Part shown: positions 11,978-24,257 of the stretch, one piece after another
Position numbering within the stretch: the first letter of the stretch is position 1
How the letters are laid out: every line of letters starts with the position of its first letter
Program-made: the position numbers and the translations under genes
NCBI RefSeq assembly: GCF_006345805.1
Contig: NC_043009.1
Span: 60,450,001 to 60,514,000, forward strand
From: Octopus sinensis
Taxonomy: Eukaryota
DNA length: 64,000 nucleotides
Reading direction: 5' to 3'
Notes under the pieces: generated by a model
Database searches by the model: none
What the model was told of the DNA's origin: nothing
Seen by the model: only the letters and a program-made list of their open reading frames with translations

Positions 11978-13172
11978 ACATGGTCTCATCAATAGGTATC
12001 CGGGCTGTTGCCACGGTAATGAAGCTAAAGCATGCAAAGTAAAGCCGCTTGTTTTGATGTTGCAGCTCACTTCCATTGTTTACAGCAGTGCTTGAAAGGA
12101 AGGTGTGTAGCGTGTGATTGTCGCATTGACCATGACAGAGAAAGTTGAGTAGAGATTCTGCATCAAATTTTGCCAAAATCTTGACAATACCTGCTCAGAG
12201 GCCTAAGCAAAGTTTTCAAAAATTGCTTATCATTCTCGATACAATCAAGGAGTTCTTGTGCAACTGAAACTCAAGTGCATTCTTGGTCAGCTGAAAGCAG
12301 TTTTGGCAAAAACTTGGCAGTCGTGCTTCTCATATGCAAATCTACAGTGAGCCACTCTGGCAACGATCACGCTCGAATGGTGCTCTTAATACCCTACTGG
12401 CACTCAAGCCCCGTGCTAGTAGGGTGTTAAGAGCACCATTCGAGCGTGATCGTTACAAGCATCGCCTTACTGGCACCTGTGCCAGTGGCATGTGTAAAAG
12501 ATTCAAGCGAGGTCATTGCCAGTACTGCCTGACTGGCCCTGTGCCGGTGGCATGTAAAAGTACCCACTACACTCTCGGAGTGGTTGGCGTTAGGAAGGGC
12601 ATCCAGCTGTAGAAACTCTGCCAGATCAAGACTGAAGCCTGGTGCAGCCATCTGGTTCGCCAGCCCTCAGTCAAATCGTCCAACCCATGCTAGCATGGAA
12701 AGCGGACGTTAAACGATGATGATGATGATGATGATGATAATGGACTTAACTGAACCATACCTAATCTGCACATCCTCTGATAACTCATAGATGGAGATTC
12801 AATGATGTTTTTCTCAGTCCTGCTGGTTACGGGTCTCCCAGGACGTTCATCAATACCAACATGTTTTTGAACCATCTTGGAAATATCTGAACCACTTGTA
12901 CACTTGTGTTCAGCTCATACTTTCCTCTTCATATACTTTCTGCAACTTTGTGTAAACCTCTGAGCAGGTATCGCCATGACAACTTTCTCTGTCATGGTCA
13001 GTGCAACAATTGCATGCTACACACCTTCCTTGCAAGCAATGAGCTACAATGTTAAAATTTAGCGCACTTGCACAGCAGAGTTTAAGGTCAATTTTCACCC
13101 AGTAGCTTTACTGTGTGTGCTTTAGCTTTGTTACTATGGCAACCATCCGGATACTTATTGATCAGACCTTGC
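11978..13172. mobile_element. two convergent mariner 5' fragments (TIR plus transposase start) with a family B repeat (12350-12738, +) between them
   Basis: The left end CATGGTCTCATCAATAGGTATCCGG is followed by MTEKVE*RFCIKFCQ on +. The right end reverse complement CAAGGTCTGATCAATAAGTATCCGG is followed by the same leader and ...ERPGRPVTSRTEKNI on -. Confidence 0.7.
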
Positions 13173-13176
13173 ATGT

Positions 13177-14385
13177 CATCATCATCATCATCATCGGTTA
13201 ACATCCGTTTTCCATGCTAGCATGGGTTGGACGGTTTGACTGGGATCTGGGAAGCCAGAAGGCTGCACCAGGCTCCAGTCTGATCTGGCAGTGTTTCTAC
13301 AGCTGGATGCTCCTCCTAATGCCAACTACTCCATGAGTGTAGTGGGTGCTTTTGACATGCCATTGGCACAGGAGCCAGAGGAGGCTGGAAACGGCCACAA
13401 TCAGTTGATGCTTTTTACGTACCACCGGCACGGAAGCCAGTCAAGGCAGCACTGGCATTGACCACGTTTGGATGGTGCTTTTTACATACCACCGGCACAG
13501 GTATCACAACTACAATTTCCTTTTGATTTTGATTTTGATGTACTTGACTCAATAGGTCTCCTCAAGTATAGCAGGTCAACCTACAATCCAAGGTATTTTG
13601 AATGGGCTTGAGCTGGTTATGTGAAACAGCTGCAAGAGAAATACCTAGCCAAAGATAAACCTCTGTACCTGGCTTTCGTTGACATGGAGAGAGCCTTTGA
13701 CAGGGTCCCCTGATCCCTTATCTGGTGATCAATGAGAAAACTAGGGATAGATGAATGGTTAGTGAGAGCTGTGCAAGCCATGTACAGGGATGCTGTCAGT
13801 AAGGTGAGGGTTGGCAACGATACAGTGAAGAATTCCGGGTAGAGGTAGGGGTCCACCAAGGTTCAGTCCTCATCCCCCTCCTATTTATCATAGTCCTCCA
13901 GGCAATAACAGAGGAATTCAAGACAGGATGCCCCTGGGAGCTCCTCTATGCTGATGACCTTGCTCTATATGTTGAGTCACTATCAGAACTAGAGGAGAAG
14001 TTTCAGGTGTGGAAGCAAGGATTAGAATCAAAGGGCCTTGGAGTCAACCTAGCTAAAACCAAAGTCATAATAAGTAGGAAGGCAAGCAAACCACAAATCC
14101 CTTCAGGTTGATGGCCTTGCTCGACCTGCAGAAAAGGCATAGGTAGAAACTCTATAAGATGTACCCAGTATAAGCTATGTACACATAAGAGTTGCAGTAA
14201 TATCAAAGGAAGGCTAACTGGGAGGATAGTTTTTGTATGTGGCAGATGCTCGGGAGCAATAAACACTGAAAATGTGCAGAGAACAACTTCCACCACATTC
14301 CAGGGAGAAAAACTAGAAGCAGTTGATAGCTTCCATTACCTAGGTGACCAAGTCAGTAGCAGGAGAGGGTGCGCTGAAAATGTAT
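13177..14385. mobile_element. family B/RTE 3' end (13177-13610, -) joined to an inverted RTE RT fragment (13617-14385, +)
   Basis: The + frames read QLQEKYLAKDKPLYLAFVDMERAFDRVP...GVHQGSV...LLYADDL...PHD-like finger. Near-identical in reverse to 3690-4410. Confidence 0.85.
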
Positions 14386-14632
14386 GCATATATTTATATA
14401 CACATATATGTGTGTGTGTGTGTTAGTCAATTATTGATCAAGATTTCTCCATTTTCTGCTTAACTTAAATTTGATTTCTGATAAACTCCTGTTTGTCTTT
14501 CTTATTGCCTGTATCCAATGAGCATAATATGCTTGCATATGTACGCCCAGAGTTAACATATGTAATTATATCGGTAGTAAAACGGATATTTTTATCCCTT
14601 AGATGGTTATTCAAATTTATAACTCTACTAAC

Positions 14633-14663
<31 letters not shown>

Positions 14664-14664
14664 T

Positions 14665-14850
14665 AACGGGAAGCTTTATGAAAATAAACAAAAGACAAAG
14701 GCAGGTGGAATACAAACAAACAATTGTATTAGTATGGCGCTCAGGAATATAAATAAAACAAGTCTTTTACGTTTCGAGCCTACGCTCTTCAACAGAAAGA
14801 TACACAGAAAAGAAACAAGGAGAGAAAAAAAATGCGTGCAGAAGCTAGCG
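14665..14850 (-). mobile_element. Penelope-type terminal repeat remnant with hammerhead-shaped motif (14763-14800)
   Basis: Reverse complement TCTTT-CTGTTGA-A-GAGCgtagGCTC-GAAA-CG-TA-AAAGA. It ends in a (TA)n tract. Confidence 0.55.
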
Positions 14851-14857
14851 AATCAAC

Positions 14858-15176
14858 ACAGTCATTTGACTGTGACCATGCTGGAGCACTGCCTTTTAGT
14901 CGAAGAAATCGACCCCAGGACTTATTCTAGCGGTCTCTTTTGCCGAACCACTAAGTTACGGGGACATAAACACACCAGCATTGGTTGTCAAGCGATGTTG
15001 GGGACAAACATATACACACACATACATATGTATATATATATATATATATATATGACGGACTTTATTCAGTTTCCGTCTACCAAATCCACTCACAAGGCTT
15101 TGGTCGGCCCGAGGCTATAGTAGTAGACACTTGCCCAAGGTGCCATGCAGTGGGACTAAGCAAGCTACTTACACAC
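14858..15176 (-). mobile_element. SINE family A, internally deleted
   Basis: Family A body and head with deletions. Confidence 0.8.
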
Positions 15177-15192
15177 ATTATTTTTTTTACAG

Positions 15193-15211
15193 GCTCTACA
15201 TTAGTTGTAAT
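15193..15211 (+). CDS. candidate start micro-exon of the membrane-receptor gene (5'UTR plus ATG at 15210-15212)
   Basis: Strong acceptor TTTTTTTTTACAG|, donor AT|GTAATT, and a 79-nt intron to the signal-peptide exon. As assembled, the frame it sets up contains stops. Confidence 0.35.
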
Positions 15212-15290
15212 GTAATTTGATAATCTGACATTTATTTTTGTAAATCATGATTATTTTTGTCTAATACTCTTATATTTCTTACTTTCACAG

Positions 15291-15358
15291 GAACCACATT
15301 CATTCCTTGTCCTGGCAATTATCATAAATTCTGTGAACTGCTTACTCTTACCCCGGTG
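15291..15358 (+). CDS. receptor gene exon: signal-peptide-like
   Basis: Acceptor TTTCTTACTTTCACAG| and donor G|GTAAGT. The phase-0 frame reads EPHSFLVLAIIINSVNCLLLP (hydrophobic core). It is 1 nt out of phase with the next exon; removing one base gives ...PG|ECP. Confidence 0.65.
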
Positions 15359-16654
15359 GTAAGTAATTTTTCATCTCCTCCTCCTCCTTTGTTATGGCAT
15401 TTGGTTCATTGTTTCTTATGATATTTTAGTGTTTTGTCTACCATGTAGAAGTATATGCCATGTTGGGTTATTTTGTAAGGTGAATCAGTGCTAGCTTGAT
15501 GCTGTGTAAATGAAGCAACATGGCGAAGGCTTTATATAAGTCTTCAGTAAGCTGCCAAGTCTGTCATTGTATGATTTATGGTGTTTATCTATAGGATGTG
15601 GCAGTTTTTTCAGGTCACATCTTTCACGAGCTCTAATTGTTTTTTACCCTAATTCTCTGATACGAGATAATGTCAGACACTCGTAGATAATGTCAGACAC
15701 CAGATTGATTCTTGATTCAACAAATGAAAAGCCACACAGTTATCATTGCCTTAAATAATATCAGTTTTTATCTTCTATCCAAAATGATAAAACTTTTTCT
15801 ACTGTTTCCATCATGTTACTTTGTATGAATGAAAGGTTTAAAATTATAGAAGGTCTCATGATTTTACAGGCTATCCTTTTTATTTATTCATGTTTCCTAC
15901 TTTTTAAAATTTGTTTAAACATTTGCTTAGTTTGTATTAAACTGTTTCACAGTTTTTGTCAAATGCTTTCCTTTCTAAAGTTGATTTAACATTTTAATTT
16001 TCAGTTCCAGAGGAATTAACTTCCCTGAAATTTGAGGCTCTATGATTCAATCTTGAAATTATTTACGTATAAAGAATAATTCTAACTTAAGTGTAAGTTG
16101 AAAGTGTGGTCTGAAATGAAAGCAAAATATAATGAAAATGGAAAACCAAAGCAGAAATAATGTTTTGTTTCTATAAATGAAAAACTAAATATAATAAAAG
16201 GGAAGAAAGAAATGACTGAAATCACAACTGCACTAAAATGCATCAGTGCTAGCTGGATGCTGTCTAAATGAAGAAACAGGGCAAAGGCAGGGTTGTTGCA
16301 TTCTATCATTTCACATACAAGTAACCAGCATGCACCTGAGAAGCTTATAGGCCAGTTTAATTAAATTTTACCAATCCATACTGTCACTACTATAGGCACA
16401 AGGCCTGAAATCTTTGGGGAGAGGGCCAGTCAATTAAATCGACCCCTCTATGCAACTGGTGCTTTATTTATCGACCTTGAAAGCATGAAAAGCTAAGTCA
16501 ACCTTGGTGGAATTTGAACACAGAACATAGCAACAGGCAAAATACTGCTAATAATAAATAATAATAATTCCTAATTTAATTCAAAACAATGAGAATAAAT
16601 AAGCATTGTATTTGGGTACAATCTGAATGCTAAAGGGTTAAAAGTGAAACACTG

Positions 16655-17225
16655 GGATCTTGAGACCATTCTCTGAAAACTGGAACAAATTCTAAAAAAC
16701 TTGGTTGTGTGGACTCTCATCTCTAATTCATGTACTAAAAGTGGACAAGATTTTATTTGCTTTTGCAGAAAATACAAGATTGAATTTGGTTATGTTGAAT
16801 ATTGCTGTAGATGCAGTAAAGATTTTGTCAAAGAAGATATAATCCAAGAATGTTTTTTAAAAAGCAAACATAACCATTTTCCTTTGCTATTCTGTAAATG
16901 CCATCAAGGAATTATTTCTAGTCTGTAAAATTTCACTTTTTACATCACTTTCCGTGTGTAGAAATTCTGAGACCATTGTCTAAAAACTGGAACAAATTCT
17001 GGGAAACTAGGCTGTATGAACTCTAATTCATGTGCTAAATGAGGACAAGATTTTATTTGATTTTGCAGGAAATACAAGACTAAGCTTGGTCATATTGAAT
17101 ATTGCTGTAGATGCGGTAAAGATTTTGTCAAAGAAGATGTAATCCAAGAATGTTTTTTAAAAAATAAACATAACCATTATCTTTTACCATTCTGTAACTG
17201 CTATCAGGGATCTATTCCTAGTGAG
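16655..17225. repeat. ~300-bp diverged tandem duplication
   Basis: TGAGACCATT..AAAACTGGAACAAATTCT...GGACAAGATTTTATTTG...AAAGAAGAT.TAATCCAAGAATGTTTTTTAAAAA occurs twice (e.g. lines 16801-16880 vs 17101-17180). Confidence 0.85.
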
Positions 17226-17816
17226 TAAAATTTTGTTGATTACATCATTTGTGTATGTGTGTGTGTGTGTGTGTGCATGCACGCATGTGTGTGTGTTGCA
17301 CACGCACGTGTGTGTGTGTATGTGTGCACACGCATGTGCGTGTGTGCGCACGCATGTGTGTGTGTGCACACGCATGTGTGTGTGTGTGATATACCCATAC
17401 ACACATAATTTTATTAGTACTAGTGAGTAAAATGTTCTTGCTTACATCATTTGTGTGTGTATGTGCATGTGTGCGTGTGTTTGTGTGTGTGTGTGTGAGA
17501 TATACCCATTCACACATAGTTTTATTAGTACTTTTAGAAACGACTGTTGATTCAGGACTGTCACCAACTGATATATTTAATTTTGATATTCTTGATATCA
17601 AACTGCCACTCATGGTTGCATGATATCAACTTCCTGTTTCAAATTGTGCAAAATTTCATGTCAAATTATGTTCCAAATACTAGCTTAATAATGACAAAGT
17701 CATTTTACTAAATCCTTAATTATTTTCAAAATTTTCTAACAGACAAATCATTTCAAGAAATATGGTAGCAAAAGGGTCAGTAGTGATTTCTTTTTATTCA
17801 TCAAAAGGATAATATA

Positions 17817-18097
17817 CAGTGGTTGGATAAAATAATCGGAACACCATTTTACTGTATTTTCAAAACAAAATTAATCATTCATAAGAATTTCGATTGCTCA
17901 GAAATCATAAGTAAATGCATTGCTGACATCTAGAACCTAATGTTATAACCCTATATCTTACTGTTTTTAGATAACCATATCTATATATAACAAAATGTAT
18001 GACCTTATTGATTTCCAAAGAGGACAAATTGTTGGAACTCAGATGGTTAGAGCCTCAATTACTAAAACTGCAAAGTACTCTCTCTACAATTATGAGT
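17817..18097 (+). mobile_element. Tc1-like transposon 5' end (TIR plus transposase N-terminus)
   Basis: TA|CAGTGGTTGGATAAAATAATCGGAACACC is TIR-like. The ATG at ~17995 gives MYDLIDFQRGQIVGTQMVRASITKTAK, a Tc1 paired-like HTH start. Confidence 0.8.
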
Positions 18098-19003
18098 TCT
18101 AAAACTGCAAAGTACTCTCTCTAAAATTATGAGTACTAAAACTGCAAAGTACTCTCTCTAAAATTATGAGTATTAAAACTGCAAAGTACTCTCTCTAAAA
18201 TTATGAGTACTAAAACTGCAAAGTACTCTCTCTAAAATTATGAGTTCTAAAACTGCAAAGTACTCTCTCTAAAATTATGAGTACTAAAACTGCAAAGTAC
18301 TCTCTCTAAAATTATGAGAACTAAAACTGCAAAGTACTCTCTCTAAAATTATGAGTTCTAAAACTGCAAAGTACTCTCTCTAAAATTATGAGTACTAAAA
18401 CTGCAAAGTACTCTCTCTAAAATTATGAGTACTAAAACTGCAAAGTACTCTCTCTAAAATTATGAGTACTAAAACTGCAAAGTACTCTCTCTAAAATTAT
18501 GAGTACTAAAACTGCAAAGTACTCTCTCTAAAATTATGAGAACTAAAACTGCAAAGTACTCTCTCTAAAATTATGAGAACTAAAACTGCAAAGTACTCTC
18601 TCTAAAATTATGAGAACTAAAACTGCAAATTACTCTCTCTAAAATTATGAGTACTAAAACTGCAAAGTACTCTCTCTAAAATTATGAGTACTAAAACTGC
18701 AAAGTACTCTCTCTAAAATTATGAGTACTAAAACTGCAAAGTACTCTCTCTAAAATTATGAGAACTAAAACTGCAAAGTACTCTCTCTAAAATTATGAGA
18801 ACTATAACTGCAAAGTACTCTCTCTAAAATTATGAGTACTAAAACTGCAAAGTACTCTCTCTAAAATTATGAGTACTAAAACTGCAAAGTACTCTCTCTA
18901 AAATTATGAGTTCTAAAACTGCAAAGTACTCTCTCTAAAATTATGAGTTCTAAAACTGCAAAGTACTCTCTCTAAAATTATGAGAACTAAAACTGCAAAG
19001 TAC
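18061..19003 (+). repeat. 37-bp minisatellite, 25 full units plus an 18-bp partial
   Basis: Unit ACTAAAACTGCAAAGTACTCTCTCTAAAATTATGAGT in exact 37-bp register from 18061 to 18986. Variation is almost confined to the unit junction (GAGTACT/GAGTTCT/GAGAACT). Confidence 0.96.
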
Positions 19004-19016
19004 ATATATATATATA

Positions 19017-19052
<36 letters not shown>

Positions 19053-19787
19053 TATGTAGTATATATATGTATGTATATATGTATGTATATAATGTATGTA
19101 TATGTATGTATATATATGTGTATGTATATATATGTATATATATATGTATATATATATTGTATATATATATGTATATAATATATATGTATATATATATATG
19201 TATATATATATATGTATATATATATAGTATATATATATGTATATATATATATATGTATATATATATTATATATATATGTAATATATATATATGTATATAT
19301 ATATATGTATATATATATATGTATATATATATATTATATATAATATATGTATATATATATATATGTATCTATATATTATATATATATTGTATATATATAT
19401 ATTATATATATATATGTATGTATATATATATACGTATCTATATATATGTATATAATATATATATGTATATATATATATGTATATATAATATATGTATATA
19501 TATATATATGTATATATATGTATATATATATATATGTATATATATATGTATATATATATATATGTATATATATATATGCATATATATATATAATATATAT
19601 GTATATATATATAGTATATGTATATATATATATGTATATATATATATATGTATAATATATATATGTATGTATATATATATATGTATATATATATATATGA
19701 TATATATATATGTATATATATATACGTATATGTATATATATATATCTATATATATATATATATATATATATGTGTATGTATACATAT
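19004..19787. repeat. (TA)n/(TATG)n microsatellite field (similar fields at 20890-21596, 21940-22770, 23340-24070, 26340-26680, 40353-40860, 41850-42770, 43020-43715, 44760-45405, 46520-46830)
   Basis: Directly visible low-complexity sequence, and the source of the I/Y/M/V-only ORFs. Confidence 0.97.
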
Positions 19788-20880
19788 AAGTTTAAAAACT
19801 TAGACCTTAGGATTACCTTAGATTCGAACTTAACCAATGCTAACTTCCTTGACGTTACCCTCGACTTAAAAACCTCCCTTTATTACCTGTACCATAAACC
19901 AAATGAATCCTTTAGATACATAGACATTAATTCTAACCACCCCAAAAATATATTAGACAACCTAATGAAAAGTGTCTCCATTAGAATATCTAGCCTTTCT
20001 GCCACCGAAGATATCTTTAATGCAGCAGCCCCCTATTACAACGAGGCCCTGGCCCGCAGTGGCTTTAAAGATAAGATCACCTACATTAGCATAGCCCCAT
20101 GCCAACCCAGGAAAAATAGGCGAAGACACATTAGCTGGTCCAACCCCCCCTTCAACCGTGAAGTCGCAACACCTGTAGCTAAAATTTTCTTCACTCTCCT
20201 ACAAAAACACTTCCCCACCCAACATTAGTACTATACAATCCTTAATAAGAACACCATTAGACTCTCCTACTCCACTACACCCAATCTAGCCAGGAACCTA
20301 GCCAACAATAACGTAAAAAAACTTAATAAATCTACTTTTTCCAAAGCCCATCCAACATCCGAAAGCAATTGCAACTGCCCTGATAAGACTACTTGCCCCC
20401 TCAACAACAACTGCCTACAGAAGGATCTCGTCTACATATGCGATGTACGATCAGGCCCCGATGATAAAAGAAAATCGTACATCGGAATGACGTCAAATAG
20501 TTTTAAGACTCACTGGTACGCCCACACACACTCGTTCCGGCGACCTGACAAATCTAACCAGACTACTCTTGCCGCCCACATCTGGTACCTTAAAAGGAAC
20601 TCCATCCCCTTCAAGATCAAGTGGAGACTACTACAGAGGGCGCGTTCTTACACAGGAGGCCATACCTGCTGTGACCTTTGCATTTCTGAGAGCCTGGAGA
20701 TCTTGTTCGCCAAAGGCCCTCTCCTCAAGATCTCGGAACACTCCCCAAATTGTATGCACAAAATTTATGCAAACTACGAAAACTACAGACCCACCCGGCA
20801 ACCCGATTGACGACACCCCACCCACTAAAACCCCCCACCCCTACCGTTCCCTCAGCACCCCCAATTACCTTCTCTCCTAA
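19788..20880 (+). mobile_element. Penelope-like element (probably Naiad-type), 5'-truncated: RT C-terminus, CxCx5C linker, GIY-YIG endonuclease
   Basis: [10 protein letters not shown]...YHKPN...YIDINSNHP, WSNPPFN, CNCPDKTTCPLNNNCL, LVY...YIGMT, TTLAAHIWYLK and CDLCISE. One internal TAG at ~20226. Flanked by (TA)n. Confidence 0.9.
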
Positions 20881-21550
20881 GACTATTCACATATATACGG
20901 ATGTTGGCATATGTGTGTGTGTGTGTACATGTATGTATACAAGTGCATATACGTATTTGTATGTGAGTGTGTGTGCAACGGTGTATGTACATGTGTATGT
21001 GAAGGCATGCATACGTGTGTATGTGAAGGCATGCATACGTGTGTATGTGAAGGCATGCATACGTGTGTATGTGTATATGTGTACATGTTTTTGTATGTGT
21101 ATATATATATATGTGTGTGTATGTGTATGTATATGTATATGTATGTATTTATAGATATATAAGTATGTATGTATGTATATGTATGTGTGTATATATATGT
21201 GTGTGTATGTATTAGTGTATGTGAGTGTGTACATGGATATATATTTATGTGTAGGTATATGCATGTGTATATGTTTATGGATGTGTATATGTACATATAT
21301 ATATATATGTATAAATGTAAATATGAATATACGTATGTATATATGTATGTGTTTTTACATATGTATATATCTTTATATATATATATAGATGTAAATATGG
21401 GTTTGGATATGAATATGAATATGAATATGGATATGGATATATATTTGTATGTGCTTACGTACGTGGATCTATGTGTTTGTATGTATGTATGTATGTATGT
21501 ATAGGTGTATAGGTATATATATGTACGCTCATGTGTTTTATGTATATGTA

Positions 21551-21596
<46 letters not shown>

Positions 21597-21600
<4 letters not shown>

Positions 21601-21938
21601 GGTAAAGACCCCCTTCGGTCATGAATGACCATGGGATTGCACCTAGAAAGTTACCTTCCTAGATACAAGTCCGGGCAAGGTTGTTTATGGAAGGCCAGCA
21701 GTTGCCCATGCATACCAGCCTCCCCTCTCCACGCCACCAGTGTTATCCAAGGGAAAGACAAAGGTCGATACAGCTTGGCACCAGTGATGTCGCAACTCAT
21801 TTCTACAGCTGAGTGAACTGGAGCAACGTGAAATAAAGTGCCTTGCTCGAGAACACAACACGCAGCCCGGTCCGGGATTCGAGCTCACAACCTCACGATC
21901 GTAAGCTCGATGCTCTAACCACTGAGCCTGCGCCTTCA
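21597..21938 (-). mobile_element. tRNA(Arg-like)-derived SINE, D-type head with tail T3
   Basis: Reverse complement GAAGGCGCAGGCTCAGTGGTTAGAGCATCGAGCTTACGATCGTGAGG...GAGCTCGAATCCCGG, then GAGCAAGGCACTTTATTTCACGTTGCTCCAG. Inserted in (TA)n. Confidence 0.85.
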
Positions 21939-21981
<43 letters not shown>

Positions 21982-22380
21982 GTATGTGTGTATCTGTATG
22001 TATATGTACATGTACGCGTATATGTTTGTGTAAGTATGGGTATTTGCATGTATATGTATTTATTATTTGTGTATGCATGTATGTCTATGTGTATATATAT
22101 ATATATATGGGTATATATATGTATATGTATATATGTGTATATGTATATGTATATGTATGTGTGTATATGTATGGACTTGTAGATTTTTTTATATATGTAC
22201 ATATATATGTGTGCGTGTATGTGCGTAGATATGCGTATGTGTATTAGTATGTGCATGTGCTTATATATATGTATGTATATGTATAGATATATATGGATGT
22301 ATGTGTATGTAGGTATGTATATGATGGGCGTAAGTATATATGTATATGTAGGTATATACGTATGTGTATGTGTATGTATA

Positions 22381-22411
<31 letters not shown>

Positions 22412-22774
22412 GGACTTGTAGATTTCTGTATGTGTATATATATATGTATGTGTGTAGATATGTATTTGTATGTACGTGTACGATTGTGTATGTAAGTGCA
22501 TGTATGTATATATGCGTGTAGGTATGTATATGTCGGTATGCTTTTATGTACATGTGTATGCATGCATGTGTGCATATATGTGTTTATAAGCGTATGGATG
22601 CGTATATATGCGTATGTATGATTATATGCACAAATGTCTGTATATAGGCATATGCGTTGATATATGTGGGCAGATGTTTATGTGTGTTTATGTGTACTGA
22701 AGTACGTTTATATATGTGGTTTTGTGTGTACATAGTTATGTATACGTTTATGTGAAAGTGGGTACATTTATGTA

Positions 22775-23338
22775 CACTACCGTCAGAAATTAATTAGCAC
22801 CCTTGATTTGCTCACCATGAAGCATGGTGGAAGTGGTCTGATGGTGTGAGGGGCGTTCAGCTACAGTGGTGTTGGGCGGCTCTATGCCGTTGAAGGCAAC
22901 ATCAACGCAGCAAAGTACGTTGAGATAGTACGGGATACCTCTTTGGTGGTGAGGAGTACATGCTGGCCAGTCACCTGACCTGAACCCTATTGAGAACCTC
23001 TGAAGTCGATTGGGTAGGGATTTGAATGTGCAGCAATACAGGAACCGACACGAGCTGTTTGGAGCACTTCTTGCTGCATGAGGGGCCATCCCTGCACAGT
23101 ACCTGCAGGCACTCATAGACAACATGCCGACCCGCGTAGCAGCTGTCATTGCTGCCAAAGGAGGTGCAACAAGATATTGACTAAATTTCACGATTAATAA
23201 CAATTATGTGGTGTGTTGGGATATGTTTTAATAAATTTTTGATTAAAAACGAGTTCGTTTCTGATAAGTTAATTAAATTAAGAAAATGTAAGAAAATGTA
23301 GAAATTTGAGAAGTGCTAATTAATTTCCGACGCAAGTG
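22775..23338 (+). mobile_element. internally deleted Tc1 transposon with both TIRs and TA TSD
   Basis: TA|CACTACCGTCAGAAATTAATTAGCAC ... GTGCTAATTAATTTCCGACGCAAGTG|TA. It encodes QSPDLNPIENL...MPTRVAAVIAAKGGATRY*. Confidence 0.9.
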
Positions 23339-23396
23339 TATGTATGAATATGTGTACTTGTGTGTGTGTATGTATGTGTATACATATGTACATGTG

Positions 23397-23468
<72 letters not shown>

Positions 23469-23878
23469 CTTGTAGAGAGAGATATATACCTAAGTATGAG
23501 TGGATGAGAAGGAAATGAGCGTGAGAACATGTGTGTTTGTGTATGTGTATGAGAGTGCATGTGAGTGTGTGTGTGTGAGTGTTTGCGTTTGTAAGAGATA
23601 GAAAGGAAGGGAGAGGGGAGTGGTAAAATGCTTTTCATTTAGGCCTGCTTGCACCCTGGGGAGTTCTAAGAACTTTTAGGGTTCCTCAACTCCAGCGTCA
23701 CTAAATGAGTGTCGGGTGGGGGGTGGGGTAGGTCATATATTATACCTTTTATGACTCTGAATAGTCAAAATAAAAATAAAAATAAAATAAGGGAGGAAGA
23801 TGAGGAGAAAATATGTATATGTATGTATATATGTGTGTGTGTATGTATGTATGTGTATGTGTATATATATGTGTATGT

Positions 23879-23914
<36 letters not shown>

Positions 23915-24257
23915 GGTGTATATGGGTGTGTATATTTTTATATATATATATATGTGTGTAGACATATGTGTGCGTGTGCTTGCGTATTGGCATGTATGTG
24001 TATGTGTATATATATATATAAATGTGTGTATGTATATATGTGTGTATGTATGTGTATGTATATATATATAAACGAGTCTTATTTACCTAAAACTCTATTC
24101 TATTAATCTATTTATTCATTTATCTACTTTATCACTGATCCTTTTGACCACTCCCCTAAGAAAGAAAGTTTGTGCCCTGCTTACCCAAAAAAGTCCCCCA
24201 CCACCACCCCATTAAATCTGCCTAAATGTATAAATGCCAAAACTTATTTTGACAGCA

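Noticed and set aside
17069-17088. 20-nt candidate exon that would bridge phase 2 to phase 1 after the signal exon
   Set aside because: The donor is weak (GTCATA), it lies in a 300-bp tandem duplication whose other copy gives a stop, and the peptide is uninformative. Not fully excluded without RNA data.
18061-19003. CRISPR-like regular 37-bp repeat
   Set aside because: Units are head-to-tail with no unique spacers and no cas genes, in a eukaryotic context. It derives from Tc1 coding sequence.
18980-19789. Long ORFs rich in I/Y/M/V/C/H/T (here and at 20.9-24, 26, 40-46.9 kb)
   Set aside because: They are translations of (TA)n/(TG)n microsatellites, not genes.
20220-20230. Possible selenocysteine recoding in the Naiad-like Penelope ORF
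   Set aside because: The internal stop is TAG, not TGA, and the conserved Cys positions are ordinary TGC/TGT codons.
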